Assembly: GCF_009914755.1 (NCBI RefSeq) | Contig: NC_060928.1 | Length of the DNA stretch: 64,000 nucleotides | Reading direction: 5' to 3' (one strand) | DNA from: the human T2T-CHM13v2.0 reference genome, Homo sapiens | In this document: positions 50,383-64,000 of the stretch, in pieces | Numbering within the stretch: position 1 is the first letter of the stretch | How the letters are laid out: each line of letters starts with the position of its first letter | Position numbers and translations under genes: made by a program | Notes under the pieces: generated by a model | What the model was told of the DNA's origin: nothing | Database searches by the model: none | Seen by the model: only the letters and a program-made list of their open reading frames with translations

Positions 50383-51288
50383 TGAAACCACTACTTGATT
50401 ACATTAATTGCAGTCCACTTTTCACATTCTGACGCAGAGATGCTTCTTTCCAATATCAGTATCAGCATCTCTCCCTTAAATTGCTACAAATCACTCACTG
50501 GATTTGTGCCATTTTTGGTCGTGTTTTCTAAGCTCCCACCTCTGCCATGGGCCACTGTTAGGTTTGCTACTGGACATGGTGCAGGTTTCAGACTCAGTCA
50601 CCCTTAACATAATGCTTTCATGTACTCAGAGAACCAGGAAACACTGGAGCAGGTCTCCTTCCCCTTGGCCCCTTATCTCAACCATTTTCTACAACACAAC
50701 ACAATCACACAGTGTTGTATATGTGTGTCAGACTTTTTTGAAGGGCTGCAGAAATGCAGAAATAAGTAAATCAAAAGAGGATAGTTAAAACTATGCACTA
50801 AATATTTTATTCTTAAGTTTTGAAGGAAAATAGTAAAAAATAAAATAAATTTTAAACATAGTCTCTTTTATTTTAAATCCCCTTTCCTCAGCTCATTCTT
50901 CTATCTTGACCTATTTTCTTCAAACCTCCACCTTATAAAATCTCCCCTAACCTATTGGGAATCTCCATTCACACTGAAAAGGATTGATCTCTCCCCAAGA
51001 TGCCATCCCTTACCCTCTAGCAGTACACTTTCTCAAATCTGAGTTATTTAACCTATTACAAAAATACTTCAGGTCTCCATGAAATCTTGTAAAGTTTTTA
51101 GCACCTCAAGTCTCATAGAATTCAAGACAGACACAAACCCTCTCCACTGGATACCCATTTTAAGTAATTCCCCATCAAGAATTGGCAAATATGCCCCTTG
51201 TCTTTTCCACATGCCACTTGTGGACTTGTGGATCACTTTTAGATTTGAGGCAAGTTGTCCAGTACTAGGCATTCTCCTTCTCTGTTTA

Positions 51289-51324
51289 ACATGCGCGCGC
51301 GCGCGCACACACACACACACATAC
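51289..51324. repeat. Compound (GC)7(AC)n alternating purine-pyrimidine microsatellite
   Basis: ACATGCGCGCGCGCGCGCACACACACACACACATAC. Confidence 0.95.
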
Positions 51325-51499
51325 CATTCAACCATTTGCCAAGGACAAAATTATTTCTCTATGACAGCATTTTTTTTTTTCCAAAATGGCATCAGCTTGT
51401 GAAGGAGTTTGCATGAAGGCTAATGTCAATCTTCTACAACCTGGCAGAAAAAGGTAAACAATCTTTTCTCTTTATAACTATATAGAAAAAGTGATCTTT

Positions 51500-52365
51500 C
51501 CTGAATAACCTCATCTCAATAATAGCGACATCATGAACCCACTTATAAACTTGAAGTTATCCTTTGTCTTTCCTTCACATCTCCTACTAAATCCCTTCAC
51601 AAGTGCTGTTCTTTCTATCTTCAAATTATATTTTGAATCAAGCCACTTCTCACTAAACCTCCAAGATAACGTTGTTGCCTAAGATACTATCGCCTCTTAC
51701 CAAGACTACTGCAATAGCCTACCAACGAATCATCTTTCAGCTTTCATTTCTGTCCATTCCCTACACTATCTAATGATATTTTAGAAAGTGTTAGTTAAAT
51801 CTTGTCATATGCCTACTTAAAACTTTAATGAATTTCCTTTCATTCTGAGAAAAAAGTCCAAGGTCATAATGGTATAAAAGCACAGCCTTATTTGGCCTCT
51901 CTTTAGTATTTTGGACTCCATTTCTGCCCACCTACTCCACTCAAGTAGCACTGTCTTTATTCTACTCTTTTTAAACATGCCAACCAGAGAGTTCCCTAAG
52001 GACTTGGAGATTTTCCAACCATCAGTCTGGAATGCTATTCCTTGAGACAAATGCATGACTTATTCCCTCACTTGATTCAGCTCTGCTCCAATATGGCATC
52101 AGCTCAGGAAACTTTTCTAACCATTTAATCCATAAAATCCCTCTCTGACTTTTCCCCAACATATTACTTTTGTTGTTGTTGTTGTTGTTGTAACATTTGT
52201 TATAATACATCAGCATATTTATTTAACTATTTATTTATTGTATTGTCTTTTTTCACCAAGCACAGGGATTTCATCTGCATTATTCACATTTTTCAGTACT
52301 CATAAGAGTGCTTGGCACAAACTGGATAATAAATATATTTTTAGGGTATAACAACATGAATGAAT
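51500..52365 (+). mobile_element. L2 3' region
   Basis: GACTACTGCAATAGCCT, GTCTGGAATGCT and GTGCTTGGCACA...ATGAATGAAT terminus. Boundaries are approximate. Confidence 0.7.
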
Positions 52366-52632
52366 TAATAAAATGATAATTATCATTCTCTCTTAGTAAT
52401 TCTCCATATTTTTCTGTTTTAAATCATTTGCCAACTTCTGGTATTTTTTAAACTTATGCTATATAGATGGATAATGCCTTAGTATCTAAAAGCACAAAAA
52501 ATATATATGCCTAAAGGAGGTCATTTATGTGAAACAAAACTTTGGAGTCTTGAAAGAATATAAATTATGCCACGCAACATTTAAAATCCAATAGTAATGT
52601 TTAAAAAAAGAGTGGATACAAAATATATTTAA

Positions 52633-53001
52633 AAATAATTTCAACTTTTATTTTAAAGGATTCAGGGAGTGCATGTGTAGGTTTGTTACATGAGTATATT
52701 GCATGATGCCGAGGTTTGGGGTACAATTGACCCCATCACCCAGATAGTGAGCATAATATTACCCAATAGTTTGGTTTTCAACCCTTTCCCCCATCCAAAT
52801 CTCCCTGCTCTAGTAATACCCAGTGTCTATTTGTTGCCATCTCTATGTCCATCAGTACTCAATATTTAGCTGCCACTTATAAGTGAGAACATGTGGTGTT
52901 TGGTTTTCTGTCCCTGAGTTAATTTGCTTACAGTAATGGCCTCCAGCTCCATCCATGTTGCTGCAGAGGACATAATTTTGTTCTTTCTTATGGCTGCATA
53001 G
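52633..53001 (-). mobile_element. 5'-truncated L1PA16/L1PB-type 3' end
   Basis: TTTCAACTTTTATTTT...GGTTTGTTACATGAGTATATTGCATGATGCCGAGG. Degenerate TSD GGA(T/C)ACA(A/G)AA. Confidence 0.85.
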
Positions 53002-54329
53002 GACACAGAAGATTTTTAGGACTGTGAAAAGATTTTACATGATACTATACTATGATACCCTACTATAATTTAAAATAGTGGATTTTTTATTTTACTGATA
53101 ATTCAGTGTACCTGACAGTCAAACATTGATATATAATGCTTAAAGTTTAACAAAAAATATTCTGCAGAGCTTAATATTTTATGTCAATTGTTTGTGTTCT
53201 TTAAAGTGAGAAGACGAATTTATTTGGTCCAAGACTTAAGATTACTATTTGAACTATTCTAAAATAATTTGTATTATTATGGGAACAGACAAACACTTAG
53301 ATAAATAATTTTGGAGTCCTTATTTCAAGTAACACAAGCATTATTCCACATTCATCTATTCATAAAGATCACAGGTCATTATTTAGCTTAACTAATAATA
53401 AAGTCTACTGCAGGAATTGATGTACTAGTGTCTGCCTTTGGATCACATAAGACTTTTTTTTTGGTAAAAGCTTTAGAAATAATATTTATAAAAATGTATT
53501 CAAAGCACATATGTCATAACATACTAGAAATGATCTAAAAATACCAAAAAGCTTATATGGGGCATAAGGAAATTATCTCTTTTGAACTGTAATCCAAAGA
53601 AAGGATTAACTGATAATGAAAGGGTGGTTTTTCAGCATAACTTTATGTTTTATTTTTATGATTCCAAAATTACAGAGTTAATGTAAGTTCTATAGGGTTT
53701 CATCTGAAATTCTAACAACCAAAAGTTCTGAAAATCTGTGTGCATGTGTTTAAAATAACTCATCTGGTAGTAAAATCTGATTTGACTTGAACTCATTTTG
53801 AGGACTCTTGACCTGAACTGATAGGGGGTACAGTTTTTATTTGTCCCTCCCACTGTGAATATTTATATGTTTCACTGCTGATGTATTAATACACTCAATT
53901 TTAAAATGCTACCCTTGATCTTACTAGGAGATATTATAAAATATATTTCATATACATTGTACTACTCTGATAATTTCTGAAACCTATAATCCTCTGGCTT
54001 CAGTGGATTTGGATAAGAAATTATCGAAGTGAATATCCTTATTAAAATAAATCTTGAACAGTATGGAAATGTGTTCTTCAAAAAGTAATGAGCTTAAACC
54101 AATGCTGGGCATAATTTGTGCTAAATAACTGTTAACTATTACTATTAACCTGAATCATTGGTCTTTCAACTATGAATGAAAAGCGTTTGTCAATTAAAAC
54201 TCCAACAAGACATCTCAAACAATACATGTCTAAGAAAAAACTTGAATCCACCCTCACTGGCAAAACAAACAAAAACTGCTTACACCACATGCTTTCCTCC
54301 CACACCAACTGAGTTACTGTGAATTTAGT

Positions 54330-55100
54330 TTTTTGGTTACTTATATCCAAAACCTTGGTACCATTCTTGATGTGATGATACTTTTCTTTCTAACATATGC
54401 CACATGCAAGTATCAGAAAATCCAGCTGGAATCAGTTGTCTCTAACTACAAAATATATCCAGAACTTGACCATATTTAATCACCTACACTGCTAACTCTG
54501 TTTTGAACAACAGATTTATTTCTTCTGGATCGTTCCAATATCTCCTAACAGTTTTGTGTGATTCTATTTTGATTCTCCCTCACCACTAACTCAATCCACC
54601 TTCCAATCTATTCTCAACAAGGCAGTTTATTCAAATCATGTCACTCTTCTACCTAAATTATTGAAATTCCTTCCACTTTTAATCCAAATGAAATCTAAAG
54701 CCCACAATAATCTACTACCTACAATCTCGGACCTATATGATCTGTTACTACTTTATCTCTGAACTTACCCACTAACATTCTTCCACTCATTATTGCATTC
54801 CAGGCACACAGGCCTTTATGTTCTTTCAATACACCAGGCCAATACTCAGCTTTGGGCCTTTGTCCTGGCTGTTTCTTCCCTCTATACCTGTCTTTCAACA
54901 GATGTTTGCATTGCTAAATTCCTGAACTTCTCCTAGGATTTTCTCAAAGGGCAGCTATATTCTCAAAGTGGCCTACTCTGTCCAACCTGTTTAGAAAAAC
55001 AACCTTACCTCCTCCAACTCTGATACTCTGGAGTTACCTTACCTTGCTGTATAATTTTTTATAGCACTTTCCAGCTTCTAACATATTATTAATTCATTTT
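54330..55100 (+). mobile_element. L2 fragment
   Basis: L2-like motifs (AAATATATCCAGAA, ATCATGTCACTCTTCT, GGGCCTTTG). Continues ~56460-56560. Confidence 0.6.
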
Positions 55101-55111
55101 TAAATTAAACG

Positions 55112-56449
55112 TTTTTTTTTTTTTAATTTTTTAGAGACAGTGTCTGGCTCTGTCACCAAGGATGGAGTGCAGCAGAGTGATGATAGCTCGCTGTAGCCTT
55201 CAACTTCTAGGCTCAAGCAATCCTCCTGCCTCAGCCTCCTGAGTAGCTAGGACTACAGGCACATGCCACCTCATCTGGTGAATTTTTTTAAAGTTAATTT
55301 GTAGAGACAGGGTCTCATTATGTTTCCCACACTGATCTCTACTGGGGTAACCCACTCCCAATATTTCAAAGTAGGTTCTTTCTATTTTCCATAAATGTCG
55401 GCCGGCTGAGAAATAAAGAGAAAGAGTACAAAGAGAGGAATTTTACAGCTGGGCTGCCAGGGGTGACATCACATATTGGTAGAACCGTGATACCTGCCTG
55501 AGTCTCAGACCAGCAAGGTTTTATTAAGGGTTTCAAAAGGGGAGGGGATGTAAAACAGGGAGTAGGTACAAAGATCACATGCTTAAAAGGGCAAAAAGCA
55601 AAACAAAGATCACATGCTTTTGAGGGAACAGGACAAAAGGCAAAACAGAACTACTGATAAGAGTTTACATTCAGCTGTGCACGTATTGTCTTGATAAACA
55701 TCTTAAACAACAGAAAACAGGGTTTGAGAGCAGAGAACCAGTCTGACCACAAATTTACCAGGGCAGAGTTTTTCACCATCCTAATAAGCCTGAGGGTACT
55801 GCAGGAGACCAGAGCATATTTCAGTCCCTATCTCAACCGCATAAGACAGACACTCCCAGAGCGGCTGTTTATAGACCTCCCCCCAGGAATGTATTCCTTT
55901 CCCAGGGTCTTAATATTAATATTCCTTGCTAGGAAAATAATTTAGCAGTATCTCTCCTACTTGTATGTCCATTTATAGGCTCTCTGCAAGAAGAAAAATA
56001 TGGCTCTTTTTGCCTGAACCCACAGACAGTCACACCTTATGTTTGTTTTCCCTTGTTCCCTAAAAATCACTGTTATTCTGTTCTTTTTCAAGGTGCCCTG
56101 ATTTCATATTGTTCAAACACACAAGCTTTACAATCAGTTTGTACAGTTAACACAATTATCACAGTGGTCCTGAGGTGACTTACATTCTCAGTTTACGAAG
56201 ATAACAAGATTAAGAAATTAAAGTAAAGACAGGCATAATAAATTATAAAAGTATTATTTGGGAACTGATAAATGTCCATATTAAAATGAAATCTTCACAA
56301 TTTATGTTCCTCTGCCACGGCTCCAGCCGCTCCCTGTGTTCGGGGTCCCTGACTTCCCACAACAGGTCTCAAACTGCTAGCTTCAAGCAATCTTCACACC
56401 TCAGCCTCCCGAAGTGCTGGGATTACAGCATGAGCCACCTGTCCTAGCC
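55112..56449 (-). mobile_element. AluJ split by the MER11 LTR
   Basis: Alu 55112-55339 resumes at 56371 (AAACTGCTAGCTTCAAGCAATC...GAGCCACC). Confidence 0.88.
55340..56364 (-). mobile_element. MER11 (HERV-K11/HML-8 LTR; MER11A-like) solo LTR, 1025 bp
   Basis: Minus-strand start TGTTGTGGGAAGTCAGGGACCCCGAAC...GGCAGAGGAACATAAATTGTGAAGATTTC. 6-bp TSD GATCTC/GGTCTC. Confidence 0.92.
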
Positions 56450-56660
56450 TAGTAACTCATTTCTAAATTTAATTTTTTATTGTTTAACTTCCTCCACAAG
56501 AATGTAAATCCACAAAAACAAGGATTATCACTATTGTATTCCAAACCCCTAAAAAAAGATGAAAAATATATATATGCACATATTTACTAATTTCCAAGAA
56601 AATATCTTATTTTGACTTACTTTCAAAGAATTCCTTTTGTCCTTAATCAATTTTAATTTT

Positions 56661-56960
56661 TTTTTTTTTTTTTTTTTTTTTGAGACAGACTCTCACTCTG
56701 TCACCAGCCTGGAGTGCACTGGTGCCATTGCAGCTCACTGCAACCTCCATCTCCCAGGTTAAAGTGATTCGCCTGCCTCTGTCTCCCAAGTAAATGGGAC
56801 TACAAGTGCGTGCTACCATGCCCAGCTAATTTTTGTATTTTTAGTAGAGACGGGGTTTCACCGTTTTGGCCAGGATGGTCTCAATTTCTTGACCTACTGA
56901 TCCACCTGCCTCAGCCTCCCAAAGTGCTGGGATTACAAGTGTGAGCCACTGCACCCGGCC
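56661..56960 (-). mobile_element. Alu (AluSc-like)
   Basis: Full dimer; TSD TCAATTTTAATTTT at 56647-56660 and 56961-56974. Confidence 0.95.
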
Positions 56961-57884
56961 TCAATTTTAATTTTCTGTACTTTACTGAAGTCCAGTATAA
57001 TCCAGAACTGAGAGAAGCTGTGGACAAGCAGTTGCAAATGTAAACACTACATTACATCATCACCTAACATGGCCAGTCATTTATTTAGTCCTCTCTAGTG
57101 TTTGCTATCCAAATCCAAAGTATTTTTAATTCAGATACACATGGCTAATAAATATGAAATGATGCTGAAAGGAGCTCAGTCATGTTGGGAGAGGACAGAG
57201 TTTTCATGGCGCATCATATCAATTGCTTCAACACTTTTAGCAGAATGGAAACTAAAATGATGAAAACCACAATTGCTTAAAACCTCAACAATTTGCGTGA
57301 GTCAAAACTACAACTCCAGAAACAAACCTTAAAAATATTTATTTGCTTGTTAAAATATTGTAGTTAATTTTGTTTGCTAATATAAAGTATAATCCTAAGA
57401 AAAAGTAAGTTGATATACTTTTGCTAGCCAAATACAAGTTATATAATGACAACTTTTCATATAAAGTTCTAATAAAATTTGTAACACAAAATAGGATAAT
57501 TAATAAAATATGAAAATTTTCATTTCCTATATGGCTAAAAAACACAATCATTTTTATGTTTTTTCTTTCCAGGTAATTTAAATATTTTCATTTTATAGGC
57601 TAAACTGCACTAAGAATATAGTAAATGCTTATTGGCTGAGTTGATGTAGTTTATGAAAATTTACATATATAACAAAGTATGTACATAAATAAGAAACATT
57701 AATATTTTATACATGTTTTTATTTCTGTTTTGATGAATAACTGGCACTATAAGAACATTTGTTATTTCAGAACTTTTCTGATAAGAAAAGGAAATCTGAA
57801 ACTAGTAAACTATTTTTTCTGCTTTTATTCGAGGAGATTTATATTACATTAAAATACATATGTAGATATACAAATATACATTTA

Positions 57885-57940
57885 TTAGATTGTCATTAAA
57901 AGTAATGACAAAAACCACAATTACTTTTGCATCAACCTAA
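57885..57940. mobile_element. MADE1 (Hsmar1-derived MITE) with most of the left TIR deleted
   Basis: TA-flanked TTAGATTG|TCATTAAAAGTAATGACAAAAACCACAATTACTTTTGCATCAACCTAA. The right arm matches the Hsmar1 TIR. Confidence 0.88.
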
Positions 57941-58153
57941 TATATGTATACATATGTCATACATACACAACACATGGCATAAATATATATCTGTGTGAGT
58001 GTGTGTGTCTATGTGTGTGTTTGACTGGGTTAATCCCTCACCCCCAATGTTTGTTAATTTTATTTGACATACTTCTTAGTCTAATTACCATGCTTATCAT
58101 CTCAATGACTTTTTTGGATCCACTTTGCTTTTAAAGAGTGAGGTTTTTTTTAA

Positions 58154-58498
<345 letters not shown>

Positions 58499-60669
58499 TA
58501 ATACAGAAGGTATGAATACACTGAAGTTATTTTGGCTACCTAGTGTCTATCTTTTCTTCTTCTATCAATACTCCAGCTTTTGTTTGCATATCCACTTACC
58601 CTTCTCAATATTTTCTTCTTATCACTATCCCATCAGTACTTCCCATCCTTCAGTCCAGAGTTCAGGGCACAAGACAGTATAAACCAAATTGATGCAAAGA
58701 GGCTTGTGTTGGGAGAGTCTGGAAGTTTTAATCAGTTTCTGAAAGCGCTACCAGGAAAGGGCCTCTTCTTGTTGGTTATGGACAAGGAGCTAAGTACCCT
58801 GGAAGCTGCTTGCAGTTGCTTAACACCCTTGGAGGGAACAATCCTTGAGACTGATGGACTCTGTGGAAGACTTAGAGAATAGACAGAAAAATGAAAAGAC
58901 AAAGTGCCTTTTATGATGTCAGTGGGTTAAGCTTCCCCTTCTACCAACAAACTATCAAGTTTTAGCTTTATGAATGTATAAATTTATTTAAATTTTAATC
59001 TAGTTTCCATCAGGTTTTAGGTTACTGAAAGCTTCAAGAGTTTTTACTCATAAATTTGTTGTACATAAAAACTTATTCAAAACATCTTGAAGCAGGGCCT
59101 TGGAAACTTTCTTTCATTATTTATTGTACCAACAATGTTGTTTCTTAGTTAAAAACAAAAACATACACATTTCGTTAAAGTCTTTTTACTTTTAATTGTT
59201 TTCTCTCTCTTTGTGCCATCTTTCCAAGGTTGAAATCTGACCTTCACCCTCCTTTTCTCTTTTATTCTAGTAATCTGGAACGTCTTTTTATTAATAAACA
59301 ATTTTCATGGGATTAGAGTTCTTCCTAGATTTGGAAAGACATTTTCAACCTTTACTACTGCTTTTCCCTGCCTGGTTGAAAAAAAATCCATGGCCAATTA
59401 GGTGAATATTAATTGTTCTGAATTATTTGAACCATATATTTAATGTTTCCTTTCCAACCATAGGAAGCTGACATACTTTGTGAAATCATAATTGTAAATT
59501 TCCATGATTGCATTTGTCTTCCCCACAATTAGTACTAATAAGTAAAATTTTATGATACATTCAGGTGTAATAAAAATAATATTTATTAGAACCTACTATG
59601 CACCAAATACTATAGACTGAGTTTTGCATATCTCATTTACCTTCACATCAATTTTATGAGGAAAATTATACCTCTATTTTATAGGTGATAAAATCTAGTC
59701 TTACAGCATGATTGTAAAACCTCTTGCTTTTCCTACAATGTTACTTGCTTTAAAAGGTAGGTTAATAAATTCATATATATATATATAAATATTTTGTAGT
59801 AAGGCACTTTGCATTTGATGAAATATTTATTTATTGATTGATTTTTATCCATAAATCTTTAGTGATTGCAGTCTTTAAAGTATCTATCATAAACTAAATA
59901 TTCCAATATGCCAATAAGAAATGGCATGATTAAGAAAAGGTCGCTTAATTTATAGTGCATTACGGTTATCTATACCTTCATCTGTCTATTCTAGGTCCTA
60001 AATGGTGAGTCTTAAATTCTTCCCTTGGAAAGCATGAGCATCTTAAAAGGATCCACAAATGTTCTTCAACTGATTCAAATTTTTACATTTCATCTACCTT
60101 AATTCATAAGACAATAGATTACTTAGAATTGGGAAGGCAAAATATGATCTAAAAATAGTAAAGTATGAATTACCTAGGTTAAATAAACTTCTTTTCCTTT
60201 TCTTCCACTACCTTCTGCTTTCTCTTCCCATTTTTTCCTCTTCTCCCCCTCCTCTTCTTTTGCCTTTTCAAAAAGAGCAAGTAATGCTCGTGAAGTTTTT
60301 CTTCACAGAGTTGCAAAGTTTAATTCATGTTCTCCAATATCATTCTCATCTTCTTAATGTTTTTAATAGTTAATATAGAGTGAAATTTGATCTTGACTAG
60401 CAGGGGTAAGAATATGGGATGAGCTCAGTTGTTGCACCTCATTAGTTCTCTATTCATATGCTAGAGTTAACTCAATGCTAGATCACTTCATACATAAAGC
60501 TGTATGTGAGAGGAAGACAGCCTTCCCCATTTTCAGCCAAACTACCAAGGGCATATCTATCTGCCCCAAACAACTCTGCAGTGGCCAAGGTATTCTGGCT
60601 ATTTAAGTAATTAAAACATTAAAATAAGATAGTTGCAGCTGTCAATTAATTGGGGCTGTGGGTGTCAAA

Positions 60670-61900
60670 TATAATTAATTAGTTTCTTCAACAAATAGTT
60701 ATTGTGTGCCTGCTCTATCATGTTAACTGAGGTTTTTATAGCCAATAGGATAGACGTGGTCTCAAGCAAAATGAAGCTCATAGCCTAATGTGGGATGAAA
60801 ATGCAAAACAGATGCCAGATAATTAATGTAACTTAAAAACGAGAACCTAAAAAGAGAATATTTGCTGGGAGAAAAGATTTATATTTTAAAGAGAGTGGGC
60901 CCACAGCTTTTTAAAGAAATAAAATTTAAACTGTAACAAAAATAAATTAGAAGATACTAGCTATTTGAAGGTGAAGAACATCCCAGACATGGTGCACACC
61001 ATGTGCAAAGGTCTTAGGGTTGAAAGTAACTTGGCTTATTTCACAAACTCAAAGACCATTCACGAACTCACAGCCTAAAGTACAGTGAATGAGAGCTGAG
61101 TGCAGTCACACATAAGATTTGAAAGGGAGCAAGAAGCCAGATTATGTGGTTATTTTCAGACCAGAGTAAATGCATTTGGTTTTGATTTTAACTGTAGTGG
61201 GAAGTTATTGAAAGACTTAATCTGCAGATAAGTATGATGAAATTAATATCTTAAGGTCCCTTTTATAGGAAGGCGAAAAATTGATCAGGATGTAAGATAG
61301 AGATGGGGAAAATGTGGAGGCTACTGGTAGAGCTTAGGCAAACAATGATAGGGATGTGGACTAAAATTATGAATGTCAGGTGAGTAACTGAGGATGGAGG
61401 GAAGACATATTTTGTATATAAGATCAACAAAAGTATGATTGATTGCTTTGCATGCAAAGAAAGACTCAAGGAGAGGATTCTGGGATGGATAAATAAATTA
61501 GGGAGATAAAGGCAAAGAAGAAGTCCTTAAATCCATGGGAATGCATGACATTATCATTAGTAAGAATGTTCAGAGACAGAAGAAGAGAACTTTGAGTACC
61601 CAGAGTGGTCCAGATATCTGGAAGCTTTATACAGATGGAGAGGTTAGCAAAAGAGGCCAGCAGAAATCCAGAGAATAAAAGAAAAACAAAGAACAGTAGT
61701 ATAAGAGATATTGCCTGTCCTCTCCAGACCCAATCCACATACATTTTTTTTAAGATATTAGTTAACCACTTGATCATAATTTCTAAAACACTGGGTGAGA
61801 TGAAGATAGGCAAATGTCCATTTAATTTGTCAAGTCTTTCATATTGACGGTAGTAGAGGAAGAAGCCAGACAATGATGAGTTGAATGGGGGTGGTGGTGG
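60670..61900 (-). mobile_element. Decayed L2
   Basis: TTCAACAAATAGTTATTGTGTGCCTGCT (L2 3' end, antisense), ATGTGCAAAGGTCTT and other purine-rich L2 motifs. Confidence 0.6.
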
Positions 61901-63734
61901 TCATAAAGTTGGATCAAGAGAAGGATTTGGTTTGTTTTTGTTTTATTCTTAGGTGCTGATTTTAGGCCAGAGTCATGCGGTGGTGTAGGATGGTAGTAGG
62001 TTATAGTTTCAAACTGATAAAAATAATCCAGAAACAGCTTAAAGATAATTTAGAGAGACAAAATTTTAAAAGATTTTGATAATGAAATAAGGGATGGGAT
62101 CTGAGCAAAAGTGGGCATACTCTTTGTAGAAAAAAAAGGTTTTACTATTGTTTAAGAGTAGGTAAAGGGAGAAAATGGAGTTCATACATAGACAGGTTGG
62201 TAAACCCCACTGCATTGCTACCAAAACTGAACATCATATGCATTCGGGGATATGTGTTAGCTATAGATAATGTTTTTCCTTTATTTTAGGTCTGATTTTA
62301 TGAGATTGGATATCATTATAAAGTTATTTTTTTGCCATAAAAATTGTAATCTATCAGTAATCTAATTTTGTGCAAAAGTAAATTAGAGGTTCCTACACTT
62401 AAATTAACACGTAAGTCAAAATGTTGTTTTACTAAGCTATTGTACATTGTATATTTCATTCTGGAGTACAAGTCATATTATCAGAAATCAGTAATTCATT
62501 TTAAATTTTGATGACTTACTGTTTTCATAAATTTCTGCATTAAAAAAATTATTACTTAAAATATTTCTCTAAATATTTAAAAAACAGATCCCAAGTAAAA
62601 ACAATCTAACTTGCTACAACTGAGGAATAAATTATTATTTTCTAATATTAAGTGCTATTTGAATGATTAGTACTAAAAAAATTAACTGATGAAATCAGTT
62701 TTACTATTCAAAAGTCAATATGTCTGGTGAAAGGAATTGCAAGGCACTGGAATCTAGATTACTCTGAGAAATTTTGAAATAGCTTTCAGAATGTGTATTA
62801 GATGTAGATAACTGCTATTTTAGAATTAAGTTTAAAGAAATATACCGTTCATAAGTTCTTGCAGAGAAGCAATGTTTGACACACTTAATATTTACCTCTG
62901 TTTCCTTCCTTTATTAAGACATATTACCAACATATTGACAGACCATATAAAATATATGCAAATGATTTGTGACCACATAAACAACTTTTTACTTTTTTTT
63001 CACATGATGTAACAAATTATTTGAATTATGGAACTTTTAGTCCTTTCTGTTAATTTGTGTACTTCTTCCTTGAATCAAAGAGATAGGAAGTTCCACATGG
63101 ATGGATACATGCTGTGAAGCCCATTTTTAATTTTTCTTTGAAGACATTTTATAGACTATCACTACCACATGGTGTTTAAATAATGATAATTGTGACAAAA
63201 TTTCAATGAGATACAGAAAAAATTGTTTAGGGTGCATGACATGTATATTTAATCATTTTTTTTTTTACATATGTGTCATGAATCCAGGACTGGCCTAAAC
63301 TGTAATAGATGAAAGTGTCCTATTCAATCACACTAATAAAATGTATATTCTCAATCACCAGCTTGTTTAAAATATATTTCAACTTCCAAAAACCTTACTA
63401 AGTGAACAAATTAAAATCACTCAGGCTTGGTGTATTTAAGATATGATCTATAACACAGTTTACCTCTCAAGTATTCAATATATATATTTCCTCATGAATC
63501 TGAAATAAGTTAACAAACACTGTAGTATTTCTTCAAATGTTTAACACAGGCTTGGCTCAAGAATTAGAACTTGAACTGATGAACAACAGAACATTCATTA
63601 ATTCATGTCTGCCAAGTTTTTGTTAAGTAACTGTTTCTAATAAGTAAATTTATATTGAATGTTAGAGGGACTTTCTGCATATTGAAAACAGTCATCAAAT
63701 ACAAACTTCTTCATTCTTGAACGCTTGCTGTTAG

Positions 63735-64000
<266 letters not shown>

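Noticed and set aside
58655-59020. Possible ancient MLT1 LTR and 100-aa ORF 58580-58882
   Set aside because: Too diverged to call by eye; the ORF has no recognisable homology.
62368-62385. GTGCAAAAGTAA resembling the Hsmar1 TIR core
   Set aside because: Only ~12 bp match and no partner arm.

Overview
AT-rich, repeat-dense primate (human/great-ape-like) genomic DNA, probably intergenic or deep intronic. I see no recognisable host protein-coding exon, RNA gene or CpG island. The long ORFs in the track are LINE-1 ORF1/ORF2/ORF0 remnants, Alu read-throughs or chance ORFs. The window is a stack of nested transposable elements: several L1PA and L1M copies, about 11 Alus, MaLR/ERVL solo LTRs (MLT1, MLT2, THE1), a MER11 solo LTR, MER82, a deleted MADE1 and L2 remnants. 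The most notable observations are: (1) two inverted L1PA copies about 14 kb apart share five non-consensus substitutions at exactly corresponding positions, suggesting ectopic gene conversion; (2) a near full-length 5'-inverted (twin-primed) L1PA lost the RT FADD segment at its junction, and its antisense promoter and an open 156-aa ORF0 now point into its own 3' half; (3) several microhomology-bounded rearrangements. I do not see a new multi-gene system. Subfamily names and consensus comparisons are from memory and need RepeatMasker/Dfam confirmation.
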